Part shown: positions 29,753 to 39,266 of the stretch, in pieces
How the letters are laid out: the number at the start of each line of letters is the position of its first letter
Numbering within the stretch: position 1 is the stretch's first letter
Virus record (IMG/VR): IMGVR_UViG_3300031565_000020
Coordinates: 758 to 64,757 of that record
Reading direction: 5' to 3' (one strand)
Length of the DNA: 64,000 nt
DNA from: a virus
Taxonomy: Duplodnaviria > Caudoviricetes
Made by a program: the position numbers and the translations under genes
Notes under the pieces: model-generated
Database searches by the model: none
What the model saw: the letters and a program-made list of their open reading frames with translations, nothing else
Told to the model about the DNA's origin: nothing

Positions 29753-31216
29753 ATGGGCACATATATAGACGCAACAGGATTTCACAAAAAAACACTCTCA
29801 ACACTATTGTCTGAAATGCAAACGGATTTTAAAACCGAATTTGGTAATGACTTGGATCTTGCACCATCCGGAACAGCTGGACAATTAATTAGTATTATGA
29901 CAAAAGATTTTGCTGATTTGTGGGATGGTGCAGAAGAAATTTACACTGCAAGAGACCCGGACGAGGCGACCAGTACGAGCTTAGATAATATCATTGTAGA
30001 AAACGGCATTAAAAGACTTGAAGCGACAAAAACAACTGTACTTGATGTAATGCTTACAGGTGATCAGGGCGTGATTATTGCAGCCGGGAAACGTGCAAAA
30101 AATCCTAATCAGATAATTGAATATATATTAGATAGTGCTGTAACTATTGATCAAACGGTTGCAAGAGAGGGTTACATTAGTGTGGGTACGCTTACAACAA
30201 TAGTAACTTACACAGTTACTATTGACGCTACACCTTACGCATATGTAGCACTAATTACCGACGACGAAGAAGCCGTATTAACAGAAATCAAAACCCTTAT
30301 CGATGCAGGCGCGTGGGGCGGTACTGTTACAGTAACAGGTAATTCAATGAAAATTGAAAACACTACACCTTTTGATTTTGATGTTACAAATTTGGATATA
30401 GATGGGATTTCCAATCCTGGTAATTTCACAGCCGATACTGCAGGAGCCTACACGCTTGCTGCAAATTCACTAACAGAAATTGTAACGCCTGTTACAAATT
30501 GGGATAGCATCAACAATGCTGGTGCAGGACTTACCGGTAGAAATGTAGAAACCGACAGCGAGGTAAGAATTCGCCGGTGGGTAAGTATTTTGAACGGATT
30601 GGCAACTGATCAATCCATTGCTGAAAGCATATTCAACAATGTAACAGGCGTCACGGCTGTGTCTGTCATAAGTAACAGGTCTGATATTGTTGATATAGAT
30701 GGGCGTGACGCTCATTCTTTTGAGTCAATTGTTGTGGGAGGTGGTGACACTACAATTGCCGAAGAAATTCTGCGAACACAACCGGCAGGAATTCAAAGTT
30801 TTGGGAACACAACCGAAATAGTTAATGATTCGCAGGGCGTCCCTCAAACAATTAATTTTTCAAGACCCGTCAATCAATATATACATGTACGAATTAGCAG
30901 AAGTCTATATAGTGAAGAGAGCTACCCCGCAAATGGTGATGAACTAATCAAAAGTAACATTGTTGCATGGTCGCTATTGTCTGCCAACATTGGTGTAGGA
31001 AAAGATGTAATTCGCCAACGGTTAGCCACACCCGTTTACGGCGTAAGTGGCAATACTATATATCCCCTTATACCGGGGATTGAAGACATATTAATTGAAT
31101 TGGATGTTACACCGAATCCAGGCGACACGCCTACATTCACGCAAACAAACATTACAATTGCAGCGCGTGAAATTGCCGTATTTGCTATAACAAGAATAAC
31201 TGTACAAGTGCTATAA
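29753..31216 (+). CDS. baseplate J-like protein
   Basis: GR..ETD.E.R.R, HS.E.IV.GG, PAGI..FG, FSRP. Confidence 0.88.
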   Translation: MGTYIDATGFHKKTLSTLLSEMQTDFKTEFGNDLDLAPSGTAGQLISIMTKDFADLWDGAEEIYTARDPDEATSTSLDNIIVENGIKRLEATKTTVLDVMLTGDQGVIIAAGKRAKNPNQIIEYILDSAVTIDQTVAREGYISVGTLTTIVTYTVTIDATPYAYVALITDDEEAVLTEIKTLIDAGAWGGTVTVTGNSMKIENTTPFDFDVTNLDIDGISNPGNFTADTAGAYTLAANSLTEIVTPVTNWDSINNAGAGLTGRNVETDSEVRIRRWVSILNGLATDQSIAESIFNNVTGVTAVSVISNRSDIVDIDGRDAHSFESIVVGGGDTTIAEEILRTQPAGIQSFGNTTEIVNDSQGVPQTINFSRPVNQYIHVRISRSLYSEESYPANGDELIKSNIVAWSLLSANIGVGKDVIRQRLATPVYGVSGNTIYPLIPGIEDILIELDVTPNPGDTPTFTQTNITIAAREIAVFAITRITVQVL

Positions 31217-31226
31217 GGAGTGAAAA

Positions 31227-31814
31227 ATGACAAAAGAATTAAGCCAAATAGCAGATTACACAAGTAATACGGAGTTACTATTAAGCGAATATTTCACAAA
31301 AGAAAATGTTCAAAAAATATTAAAAATATTTAGTCAGCAATGTGATGATCTTGAAACTGCACAGTTTGAAATACGTGACGAATTCTGGATTGACACCGCC
31401 GAAGGTGTACAACTTGATATACTCGGAAAGATCCAAGGCATCACACGTGACGGACTTAATGACACAGATTATCGTACGATAATAAAAACAAAAATAGTAA
31501 TCAATAATGGAAGTGGTGAATTTGAAACAATCATACAGGCCCTAACCGGCCTTTTCGGTGCCACAACTGTCATACTAAAAAACATAGGAAATGCCACATT
31601 GTCAGTAAGTGCAGACATATCATTGACAGTATCAGAATTTACAATCTTATTAGATCTGTTTGCGGCTGGCGTGGGTGTAATATTCAAAGAAATTACTACA
31701 AACCCTTTTCAATTTGACACAATTAATCAAGGGTTTGGTATACCGACTGTACCAGGCAACTTACCAGACAACACAGCAGCAGGTGGCAATCTTAGTGCCG
31801 TGCTTTCAACATAA
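31227..31814 (+). CDS. baseplate wedge / tail protein I (DUF2612-like)
   Basis: IDTA.GVQLDILG.I.G..R...D..YR..IK.KI. Confidence 0.8.
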   Translation: MTKELSQIADYTSNTELLLSEYFTKENVQKILKIFSQQCDDLETAQFEIRDEFWIDTAEGVQLDILGKIQGITRDGLNDTDYRTIIKTKIVINNGSGEFETIIQALTGLFGATTVILKNIGNATLSVSADISLTVSEFTILLDLFAAGVGVIFKEITTNPFQFDTINQGFGIPTVPGNLPDNTAAGGNLSAVLST

Positions 31815-31835
31815 ATTTATTAAGGAGTTAACACA

Positions 31836-33968
31836 ATGGCAATAAAACCATTAGATGATCTTACTTTTGCAACAGCATCAATAACAGATCCGGCTACCGG
31901 ACAGCCAAACAAGATAGTACCTAACGTAACTTATCAGACAAATGGGTGGGTGAGTTTTGATACAGCCCCTTTTTCTTGGTTTAATTACTTGTTTAACGGC
32001 TATTACACGTGGCAACAATATTTTGAAGCCACTACTGACGATATTTTACTAAATAATCTGACAATTGCAGGGAATAAAACTTTTTCAGGGAGTACTATAT
32101 TTCAAGCTAACATTAATGTAGACATTAATGTGTTTTCGGTTAACACAACGTCAAATTTAGTTGGCGTCAAAGCTGATTTGGCTGTGGTATCGCCGGGGGC
32201 CGACGGTCTAATTGCAGAAGGCATTTTTCCAGTTACTTCACGCCGTGACACAAGCACAGTTGGTTTCAGTGTATTACAGTCTTTTCAAATGAAAAACAGT
32301 AGCGGCGACTACACACCTTATGCTAATTTTCTGTCTGTTATCGATGATAACACCGCCGGAGCCGAGTGTGGTTCTTTTCACATACGCTGTGTGAGTGCGG
32401 GCAATATAAGCACCCCTCAATTTATTTTCAACGATACTGGAAATTTTACAGCAATTACAAGTATAACGATTAATGATACATTTATTAATGCTTCCGAAAT
32501 AGGGATTAATAAATTAACAACGGGCAACAGGACTGCAAAACTTGATTTGTATTCGGATGATACAAATCCTTTTGGTTTAGAAATTCTAAGAAGTAGTGGT
32601 GTAAATGGTACTACGCAGCTATTGCATCATGGTACTGGCAATCTAAGCTTTGAAACATTAGACACAAGTGCAATGAATTTTTCGACTGGAAGTACCAGCC
32701 GTGCTGTTATAGAGGCAAATGGTAATTTTGCATATAAAACAAATTTACTTTTCGTAGATTATGTTAATAGCCGAATCGGTATCAAAAAAACTCCAACGGT
32801 GCACAACCTGGAAGTGCTAACAAGCGCTGCTATTGGAAGCACTGTTGTAGCATCAAGCATGATTGGTATTAATCAATTAGGTACTGGTGATAGGGGCGCC
32901 TATATAGATTTTGTAGCAGAGGATACCAACCCAAATTCCGTAAGAATTATAAGAAATAGCGGAGTGAATGGTAGTTACAGCACAACTAATCAAGGCGACG
33001 GTCAAACGGTATATGAAAATGTTGGTATCGGATCACATAGATTTCGAAATAATGGCGCCGATTCATTATATGTAACTTCTGCAAATCAAATACAAGCAGT
33101 TGCGAATACCAATGCGACATCAAAAGACACCGGCGCCTTTGTGGTGACATTGGGCGGAATGGGAATTGAACAGGATGTATGGCTGGGTGGCAGCCTTAAT
33201 CATGCGAGTGCGCTGTTATTCAAGACGGGGGGAAATGAAGGCTTACGCCTTAGTAATAGTAAACTTAGTACATTAGGAGAACTTACTCCTGATTGCAGCC
33301 CTGGGGGACTTACTTTACAGCAAGGGCCTAACGATGGTTATATTTTAACATGTAAATCAACCGATGTTGCTCATGGTATGACAACAATAGCGGAAACAGA
33401 CACATATGCAACCTTTGACAAGTTCCAAGGAGGACAAGGGGGATTGCAAATTATAGGACTAAACGGAGGTACTGGAATTAGGGGTATCTCTATATCTAGT
33501 TACGCGCCCACAACAGATAATACTACTAGTGTGGCGGGAACTGGTCAAATCGAACTTGTCAGTTACTTAAAAACCGGAACAACCGGAGGAAGTTTAGCAA
33601 GTGACGCCAATTTACTTGCTATGCGTAATGCTGGACTAACTAGACACCTTTTTAAGGGTGATGGAGATATACGCACAAGTACAGGAGTTCTAAGTATATA
33701 TGATAACGAAAACGACATGTTATTAGTACACGCAGCAAGAAACGTGCTATCAGGGAATACCTCACCATTTAAGGATAATAAAGAGTTTAAAAAATACGCC
33801 ACAAGACTAAACGAATTGGGTATCATTGAAAATGGATTTGTAAGTCATCACAAAATGATGCAGCTCAACTTAGGCGCAATGGGGCAAGTTTGGAATATGA
33901 TTAAAGGTATGGCAAAAGAATTCAATATTTCAGAAAAAAAACTATTAACCTTTGCAAAACAATATTAA
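31836..33968 (+). CDS. tail fibre protein
   Basis: 710 aa Gly/Thr/Asn-rich; GW....P...FNYLF baseplate-attachment motif; internal repeat. Confidence 0.8.
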   Translation: MAIKPLDDLTFATASITDPATGQPNKIVPNVTYQTNGWVSFDTAPFSWFNYLFNGYYTWQQYFEATTDDILLNNLTIAGNKTFSGSTIFQANINVDINVFSVNTTSNLVGVKADLAVVSPGADGLIAEGIFPVTSRRDTSTVGFSVLQSFQMKNSSGDYTPYANFLSVIDDNTAGAECGSFHIRCVSAGNISTPQFIFNDTGNFTAITSITINDTFINASEIGINKLTTGNRTAKLDLYSDDTNPFGLEILRSSGVNGTTQLLHHGTGNLSFETLDTSAMNFSTGSTSRAVIEANGNFAYKTNLLFVDYVNSRIGIKKTPTVHNLEVLTSAAIGSTVVASSMIGINQLGTGDRGAYIDFVAEDTNPNSVRIIRNSGVNGSYSTTNQGDGQTVYENVGIGSHRFRNNGADSLYVTSANQIQAVANTNATSKDTGAFVVTLGGMGIEQDVWLGGSLNHASALLFKTGGNEGLRLSNSKLSTLGELTPDCSPGGLTLQQGPNDGYILTCKSTDVAHGMTTIAETDTYATFDKFQGGQGGLQIIGLNGGTGIRGISISSYAPTTDNTTSVAGTGQIELVSYLKTGTTGGSLASDANLLAMRNAGLTRHLFKGDGDIRTSTGVLSIYDNENDMLLVHAARNVLSGNTSPFKDNKEFKKYATRLNELGIIENGFVSHHKMMQLNLGAMGQVWNMIKGMAKEFNISEKKLLTFAKQY

Positions 33969-34006
33969 TTATATATTATAATGTAACAAAAACATAGGAG
34001 ATATGA

Positions 34007-34384
34007 ATGATAAAAACAACGATTCAAAAATTACTTACAACCAAACACAGCATGGAAATGCTAATTGCAAAAGATTTTGACATGAAGAAAAGTTGGGAAA
34101 TAGTGAAACTAATACAAGCCTGCGATGTCGAATTACTGGCTTTTGAAAAATTAAGAGATCAGTTATTGAAAAAGTACGAGCTTACTATCGAAACACTACA
34201 ACAAGACATAACAGATCCGGTAATTATCGAAAATAAAAGAAAGCTTAATTCAGATATTAAAGCACTATTGGATAATGAAATTAGTCTTAATATTAACAAA
34301 ATTGAAATTGATGTAAACACAAATATCAATATTGCACCAGGCGTGTTACTGGCATTATCTGATTTCATTACAATTTTGGAGTAA
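34007..34384 (+). CDS. hypothetical protein (possible fibre assembly factor)
   Basis: 125 aa, AGGAG RBS, follows fibre. Confidence 0.65.
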   Translation: MIKTTIQKLLTTKHSMEMLIAKDFDMKKSWEIVKLIQACDVELLAFEKLRDQLLKKYELTIETLQQDITDPVIIENKRKLNSDIKALLDNEISLNINKIEIDVNTNINIAPGVLLALSDFITILE

Positions 34385-34391
34385 ACAAAAA

Positions 34392-34781
34392 ATGAGTGAT
34401 TACGAAAAAGCATTATATGAAATCATTGAAAAATTCAGATCGGAAATGACAGCGTTTCGAGAAGATGCAAAAACAGAAATCAGAGCCCAAACACAGGACA
34501 TCAAAGAAATTATGGTAATCGAGTTCAACAAAATCCACACAGAATTAAGTACAATGAGTGACAAAATCTCAAATGAACATGACAAAAATATAGTGCAAGA
34601 TATGTTAATCACACAGCTCGCAGCAGATATTGGTGGGCTGTCAAAACGGTTTACCGGGAAAATTGAGACGATGGAAAAAAACAAAACCAAATTAAATTTT
34701 TTGTGGGGTGGAGCTATACTATTATTATCTGTACTTTTTACAAAAATATTACCCTCAATTTTAACAAAATTCACACCTTAA
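34392..34781 (+). CDS. coiled-coil protein with C-terminal TM helix (possible lysis-related)
   Basis: GGAG RBS before ATG 34392; FLWGGAILLLSVLF helix; last late gene. Confidence 0.6.
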   Translation: MSDYEKALYEIIEKFRSEMTAFREDAKTEIRAQTQDIKEIMVIEFNKIHTELSTMSDKISNEHDKNIVQDMLITQLAADIGGLSKRFTGKIETMEKNKTKLNFLWGGAILLLSVLFTKILPSILTKFTP

Positions 34782-34870
34782 AAAATAGCTTGCTGCATAT
34801 CCGGAAACACCACAGCAAGCATTTTAATAAATAAATTAACTCCTATTTATTTAACCCGGCGCTTTATCAT

Positions 34871-35040
34871 TCAAGAGCCGGGTGTTTTACTCGTATTTTT
34901 CAAAATAACCCTTTCTTTTAAACTCTTTCCGTACCCGTACCAACTATTCCCCCTCCCATCTTCTAAACATTCTAATATGCAAGCGTCTCTCATTAATCGG
35001 TCATACTCTTTTTTGTAATTGTAATCATTTCATTATTCAT
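34871..35040 (-). pseudogene. frameshifted small gene after the LRR array
   Basis: MNNEMITITKK then, in another frame across an A6 run, EYDRLMRDACILECLE; resembles 43184..43312. Confidence 0.4.
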
Positions 35041-35697
35041 TTATTTTCTCCTTTGTTTTTCTGTTTTATTCCCATATTTCCAGCCGACAGAACATCCATT
35101 ATTTATATTCCAATTCACAACATCAAGATTGGCTTGCCCCTGGGGAGTGCCTGGTTTGATTTCCATATTGTTGTTATTTAAATAAAGGCGTGTAAGTCCC
35201 ATAAGTCCATTAAGCGGACTTATGGGACTTATTGAGTTACCGTCTAAATCAAGGTCCGTAAGTCCACTTAATGGGCTGATGTCGCTTATTGAATTGCTGT
35301 ATAAATAAAGGTATTCACGCTCTGTAAGTCCTCTTAATGGGCTGAGGTCACTTATTGAGTTGTATGATAAATCAAGATATGTAAGCGCTGTAAGCCCACT
35401 TAATGGGCTTATGTCACTTATTTTGTTGTCGTCTAAATCAAGGGATGTAAGCGCTGTAAGCCCGCTTAATGGGTTTATGTCGCTTATTGAGTTGTTATAT
35501 AAATTAAGGTCTGTAAGCGTTGTGCAGTATTCTAAACCGGCAATATTTGAAATCTTTTTCATACTAGCACTTAATGATTTTATCAATACCAAATCAAAAG
35601 CCAAAATCTTTCCAGTTGGCTTGCCAATCTTTAAACGGATGACAGATTCTAAATTTGGATCAGGAAAATTCACAACCATATTATTTTCATTTTTCAT
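35041..35697 (-). CDS. internalin-type LRR protein 7 (5 internal modules, one shortened by 3 aa)
   Basis: VNFPDPNLE N-cap; LxxLxLxxNxIxDISPLxxLxx repeats; MEIKPGT..GQ.NLD C-cap. Confidence 0.92.
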   Translation of the reverse strand: MKNENNMVVNFPDPNLESVIRLKIGKPTGKILAFDLVLIKSLSASMKKISNIAGLEYCTTLTDLNLYNNSISDINPLSGLTALTSLDLDDNKISDISPLSGLTALTYLDLSYNSISDLSPLRGLTEREYLYLYSNSISDISPLSGLTDLDLDGNSISPISPLNGLMGLTRLYLNNNNMEIKPGTPQGQANLDVVNWNINNGCSVGWKYGNKTEKQRRK

Positions 35698-36554
35698 TTA
35701 TTTTCTCCTCTGATTTCCGTTTTATTTCCATATTTCCAGTTAACGTCACACTCATTATCCAGATGCCTGTTAACAATATCAAGGTTAGTTTGTCCCTGGG
35801 TGGTGCCTGGTTTGATTTCCATGTCGTTGTTCTGTAAATAAAGGTATTTAAGCGCTGTAAGCCTGTTTAATGGTGTGATGTCACTTATTGAGTTGTTAGC
35901 TAAATGAAGGTATGTAAGAGCTGTAAGGCCGCTTAATGGGCTGATATCAGTTATTGAGTTGTTATCTAAACCAAGGATTTCAAGCGCTGTAAGCCTGCTT
36001 AATGGGCTTACGTCAGTTATTGAGTTGTATGATAAACAAAGTTCTGTAAGCCCTGTAAGCCTGCTTAATGTGCTTATGTCAGTTATTGAGTTACCGTCTA
36101 AATAAAGGTCTTCAAGTTCTGCAAGTCCACTTAATGGGCTGATATCACTTATTGAGTTGTTATCTAAATGAAGATATGTAAGCGCTGTAAGTCCGCTTAA
36201 TGGACTGATGTCACTTATTAAGTTATAGTATAAATAAAGTTCTGTAAGTGCTGTAAGCCTGCTTAATGAGCTTATGTCGGTTATTGAGGTGTTGTGTAAA
36301 TCAAGGGATGTAAGCTCTGTAAGCTCTCTTATTGGGCTTAGATCACTTATTGAGTTGTTATCTAAACCAAGGTATGTAAGAGCTGTACAACATTCTAAAC
36401 CGGTAATATTTGAAATATCTTTATTGCTAGCACTTAATGATTTTATTCCGAACAAATCACAAGCCAAAATCTCCCCAATTGGCTTGTTGATCTCTAAACG
36501 GATGATAGATTCTAAATTTGGATCAGGAAAATTCACAACCATATTATTTTTCAT
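35694..36554 (-). CDS. internalin-type LRR protein 6 (8 internal modules)
   Basis: Same caps; 22-aa repeats. Confidence 0.92.
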   Translation of the reverse strand: MKNNMVVNFPDPNLESIIRLEINKPIGEILACDLFGIKSLSASNKDISNITGLECCTALTYLGLDNNSISDLSPIRELTELTSLDLHNTSITDISSLSRLTALTELYLYYNLISDISPLSGLTALTYLHLDNNSISDISPLSGLAELEDLYLDGNSITDISTLSRLTGLTELCLSYNSITDVSPLSRLTALEILGLDNNSITDISPLSGLTALTYLHLANNSISDITPLNRLTALKYLYLQNNDMEIKPGTTQGQTNLDIVNRHLDNECDVNWKYGNKTEIRGENK

Positions 36555-37086
36555 TTATTTCTCCTTTGTTTTCAGTTTTATTCCCATATTTCCAGTTAAC
36601 ATAACAACCATTATCTATATGCCAATTAACAACATCAAGATTAGTCTGCCCTTGGGTAGTGTCTGGTTTGATTTCCATGTCGTTGTAATTTAAATCAAGG
36701 TATGTAAGAGCTGTAAGCCCACTTAATGGACTTATGTCACTTATTTTGTTGTTATCTAAATAAAGCTTTGTAAGCTTTATAAGTCCACTTAATGGACTTA
36801 TGTCAGTTATTAAGTTACCGTCTAAATAAAGTTCTGTAAGCTTTATAAGTCCATTAAGTGGACTTAGGTCACTTATTGAGTTGTCATTTAAACTAAGGTA
36901 TATAAGCGCTGTGCAACATTCTAAACCGTTAATATTTGAAATATCCTTAAAACCAGCAATTAATGATTTTATCACGATCAAATCAGATTCTAAAATATCC
37001 CCAGTTGGTTTATTGATCTTAAAACGGATGATAGCTTCTAAATTTGGATCAGGGAAATTCACAGCCATATTATTTTTATTTTTCAT
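36544..37086 (-). CDS. internalin-type LRR protein 5 (3 internal modules)
   Basis: Same caps; 22-aa repeats. Confidence 0.92.
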   Translation of the reverse strand: MKNKNNMAVNFPDPNLEAIIRFKINKPTGDILESDLIVIKSLIAGFKDISNINGLECCTALIYLSLNDNSISDLSPLNGLIKLTELYLDGNLITDISPLSGLIKLTKLYLDNNKISDISPLSGLTALTYLDLNYNDMEIKPDTTQGQTNLDVVNWHIDNGCYVNWKYGNKTENKGEINEK

Positions 37087-37816
37087 TTATTTCTCCTTTG
37101 TTTTCCGTTTTATTTCCATATTTCCAGCCGACATAACACCCATTATTTAGATGCCAATTAACAACATCAAGATTTATTTGCCCTTGGGGAGTGCCTGGTT
37201 TAATTTCCATGTCGTTGTTATCTAAATCAAGGGATGTAAGCGCTGTAAGCCCACTTAATGGGCTGATATCAGTTATTGAGTTGTTAGATAAACCAAGGTG
37301 TTTAAGCGCTGTAAGCCCACTTAATGTGCTGATATCAACTATTTCGTTCATGTCTAAATCAAGGAATGTAAGCCCTGTAAGGCTGCTTAATGGTGTTAGG
37401 TCAGTTATTTTGTTGCCGGATAAATCAAGGGATGCAAGCCCTTTAAGGCCGCTTAAAGGGCTTATGTCGCTTATTAAGGTGACAGATAAATCAAGGGATG
37501 TAAGCTCTGTAAGCCCTCTTAATGGGCTGATGTCACTTATTGAGTTATCAGATAAATCAAGGCCTGTAAGAGCTGTAAGCCTGCTTAATGGGCTGATGTC
37601 GCTTATTGAGTTGCCGTATAAATAAAGGGATGTAAGCGCTGTACAGTACTCTAAACCGGTAATATCAGAAATATCTTTATTGCTAGCACCTAATGATTTT
37701 ATTTTGACCAACTCAGATGATAGGATATCCCCTGTTGGTTTGTTGATCTTAAAACGGATGACATCTTCAAGATTTGGATCAGGAAAATTCACACCCTTAT
37801 TATTTTTATTTTTCAT
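37076..37816 (-). CDS. internalin-type LRR protein 4 (6 internal modules)
   Basis: Same caps; 22-aa repeats. Confidence 0.92.
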   Translation of the reverse strand: MKNKNNKGVNFPDPNLEDVIRFKINKPTGDILSSELVKIKSLGASNKDISDITGLEYCTALTSLYLYGNSISDISPLSRLTALTGLDLSDNSISDISPLRGLTELTSLDLSVTLISDISPLSGLKGLASLDLSGNKITDLTPLSSLTGLTFLDLDMNEIVDISTLSGLTALKHLGLSNNSITDISPLSGLTALTSLDLDNNDMEIKPGTPQGQINLDVVNWHLNNGCYVGWKYGNKTENKGEINEK

Positions 37817-38672
37817 TTATTTCTCCTTTGATTTCTGTTTTATTCCCATATTTCCAGTTAACATAACATCCGTCATTCAGATGCCAATTAACAATATCAA
37901 GATTAGTTTGTCCCTGGGTGGTGTCTGGTTTGATTTCCATGTCGTTGTTAGATAAATCAAGGTATGTAAGCTTTGTAAGTTCGCTTAGTGGACTTATGTC
38001 ACTTATTGAGTTGCCGTCTAAATAAAGTTCTGTAAGCTTTATAAGTCCACTTAATGGACTGAGGTCACTGATTGAGTTGACATTTAAACTAAGGTATATA
38101 AGCTTTATAAGTCCACTTAATGGACTTATGTCACTTATTGAGTTGTCGCATAAACCAAGGCGTGTAAGCGCTGTAAGCCCGTTTAATGGGGTGATATCAG
38201 TTATTGAGTTGCTATTAAAACTAAGTGATGTAAGCGCTGTAAGCCTGCTTAATGGTGTTAGGTTAGTTATTTTGTTGCCGGCTAAACCAAGAAATGTAAG
38301 CTTTGTAAGCCCTCTTAATGGGCTTATGTCTCTTATTGAGTTGTTGTCTAAACCAAGGCGTGTAAGTCCTGTAAGTTCACTTAATGGGCTTAGGTCACTG
38401 ATTACGTTGTATGATAAACTAAGGTATATAAGCGCTGTAAGTTCGCTTAATGGACTGATGTCACTTATTGAGTTGCTATTTAAACTAAGGTCTGTAAGAG
38501 CTGTACAGTACTCTAAACCAGTTATATTTGAAATACCCTTAAAACCAGCAATTAATGATTTTATCCCGACCAAATCAGATGATAGAATATCCCCTTTTGG
38601 CTTGTTGATCTCTAACCGGATGACAGCTTCAAGATTTAGATCAGGAAAATTCACAACCATATTATTTTTCAT
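37806..38672 (-). CDS. internalin-type LRR protein 3 (8 internal modules)
   Basis: Same caps; 22-aa repeats. Confidence 0.92.
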   Translation of the reverse strand: MKNNMVVNFPDLNLEAVIRLEINKPKGDILSSDLVGIKSLIAGFKGISNITGLEYCTALTDLSLNSNSISDISPLSELTALIYLSLSYNVISDLSPLSELTGLTRLGLDNNSIRDISPLRGLTKLTFLGLAGNKITNLTPLSRLTALTSLSFNSNSITDITPLNGLTALTRLGLCDNSISDISPLSGLIKLIYLSLNVNSISDLSPLSGLIKLTELYLDGNSISDISPLSELTKLTYLDLSNNDMEIKPDTTQGQTNLDIVNWHLNDGCYVNWKYGNKTEIKGEINEK

Positions 38673-39266
38673 TTATTTTCTCCTCTGATTTTCTGTTTTA
38701 TTTCCATGTTTCCAGTTAACGTCACACCCATTATTCAGATGCCAATTAATAACATCAAGATTAGTTTGTCCCTGGGTAGTGCCTGGTTTTATTTCCATGT
38801 TGTTGTTATATAAATCAAGTTCTGTAAGAGCTGTAAGTTCACTTAATGGGCTGATGTCACTTATTTTGTTGTCATATAAACGAAGGAATGTAAGCGTTGT
38901 AAGTCCTCTTAATGGACTGATGTCACTGATTGAGTTGCTATCTAAATAAAGCTTTGTAAGCTTTGTAAGCCCACTTAATGGACTGATGTCACTGATTGAG
39001 TTGCTATCTAAATAAAGCTTTGTAAGCTTTGTAAGCCCACTTAACGGACTGATATTGGTTATTGGGTTATCTTCTAAATCAAGTTCTGTAAGCGCTGTAC
39101 AGTATTCTAAGCCGGTAATATCAGAAATATCAGACGAACTAGCATATAATTCAGTTATCACGATCAAATCAGATTCTAAAATATCCCCAGTTGGTTTATT
39201 GATCTTAAAACGAATGATATCTTCTAGATTTTTATCAGGGAAATTCACAACCATATTATTTTTCAT
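38673..39266 (-). CDS. internalin-type LRR protein 2 (4 internal modules)
   Basis: Same caps; contains an exact 66-bp tandem duplication. Confidence 0.92.
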   Translation of the reverse strand: MKNNMVVNFPDKNLEDIIRFKINKPTGDILESDLIVITELYASSSDISDITGLEYCTALTELDLEDNPITNISPLSGLTKLTKLYLDSNSISDISPLSGLTKLTKLYLDSNSISDISPLRGLTTLTFLRLYDNKISDISPLSELTALTELDLYNNNMEIKPGTTQGQTNLDVINWHLNNGCDVNWKHGNKTENQRRK

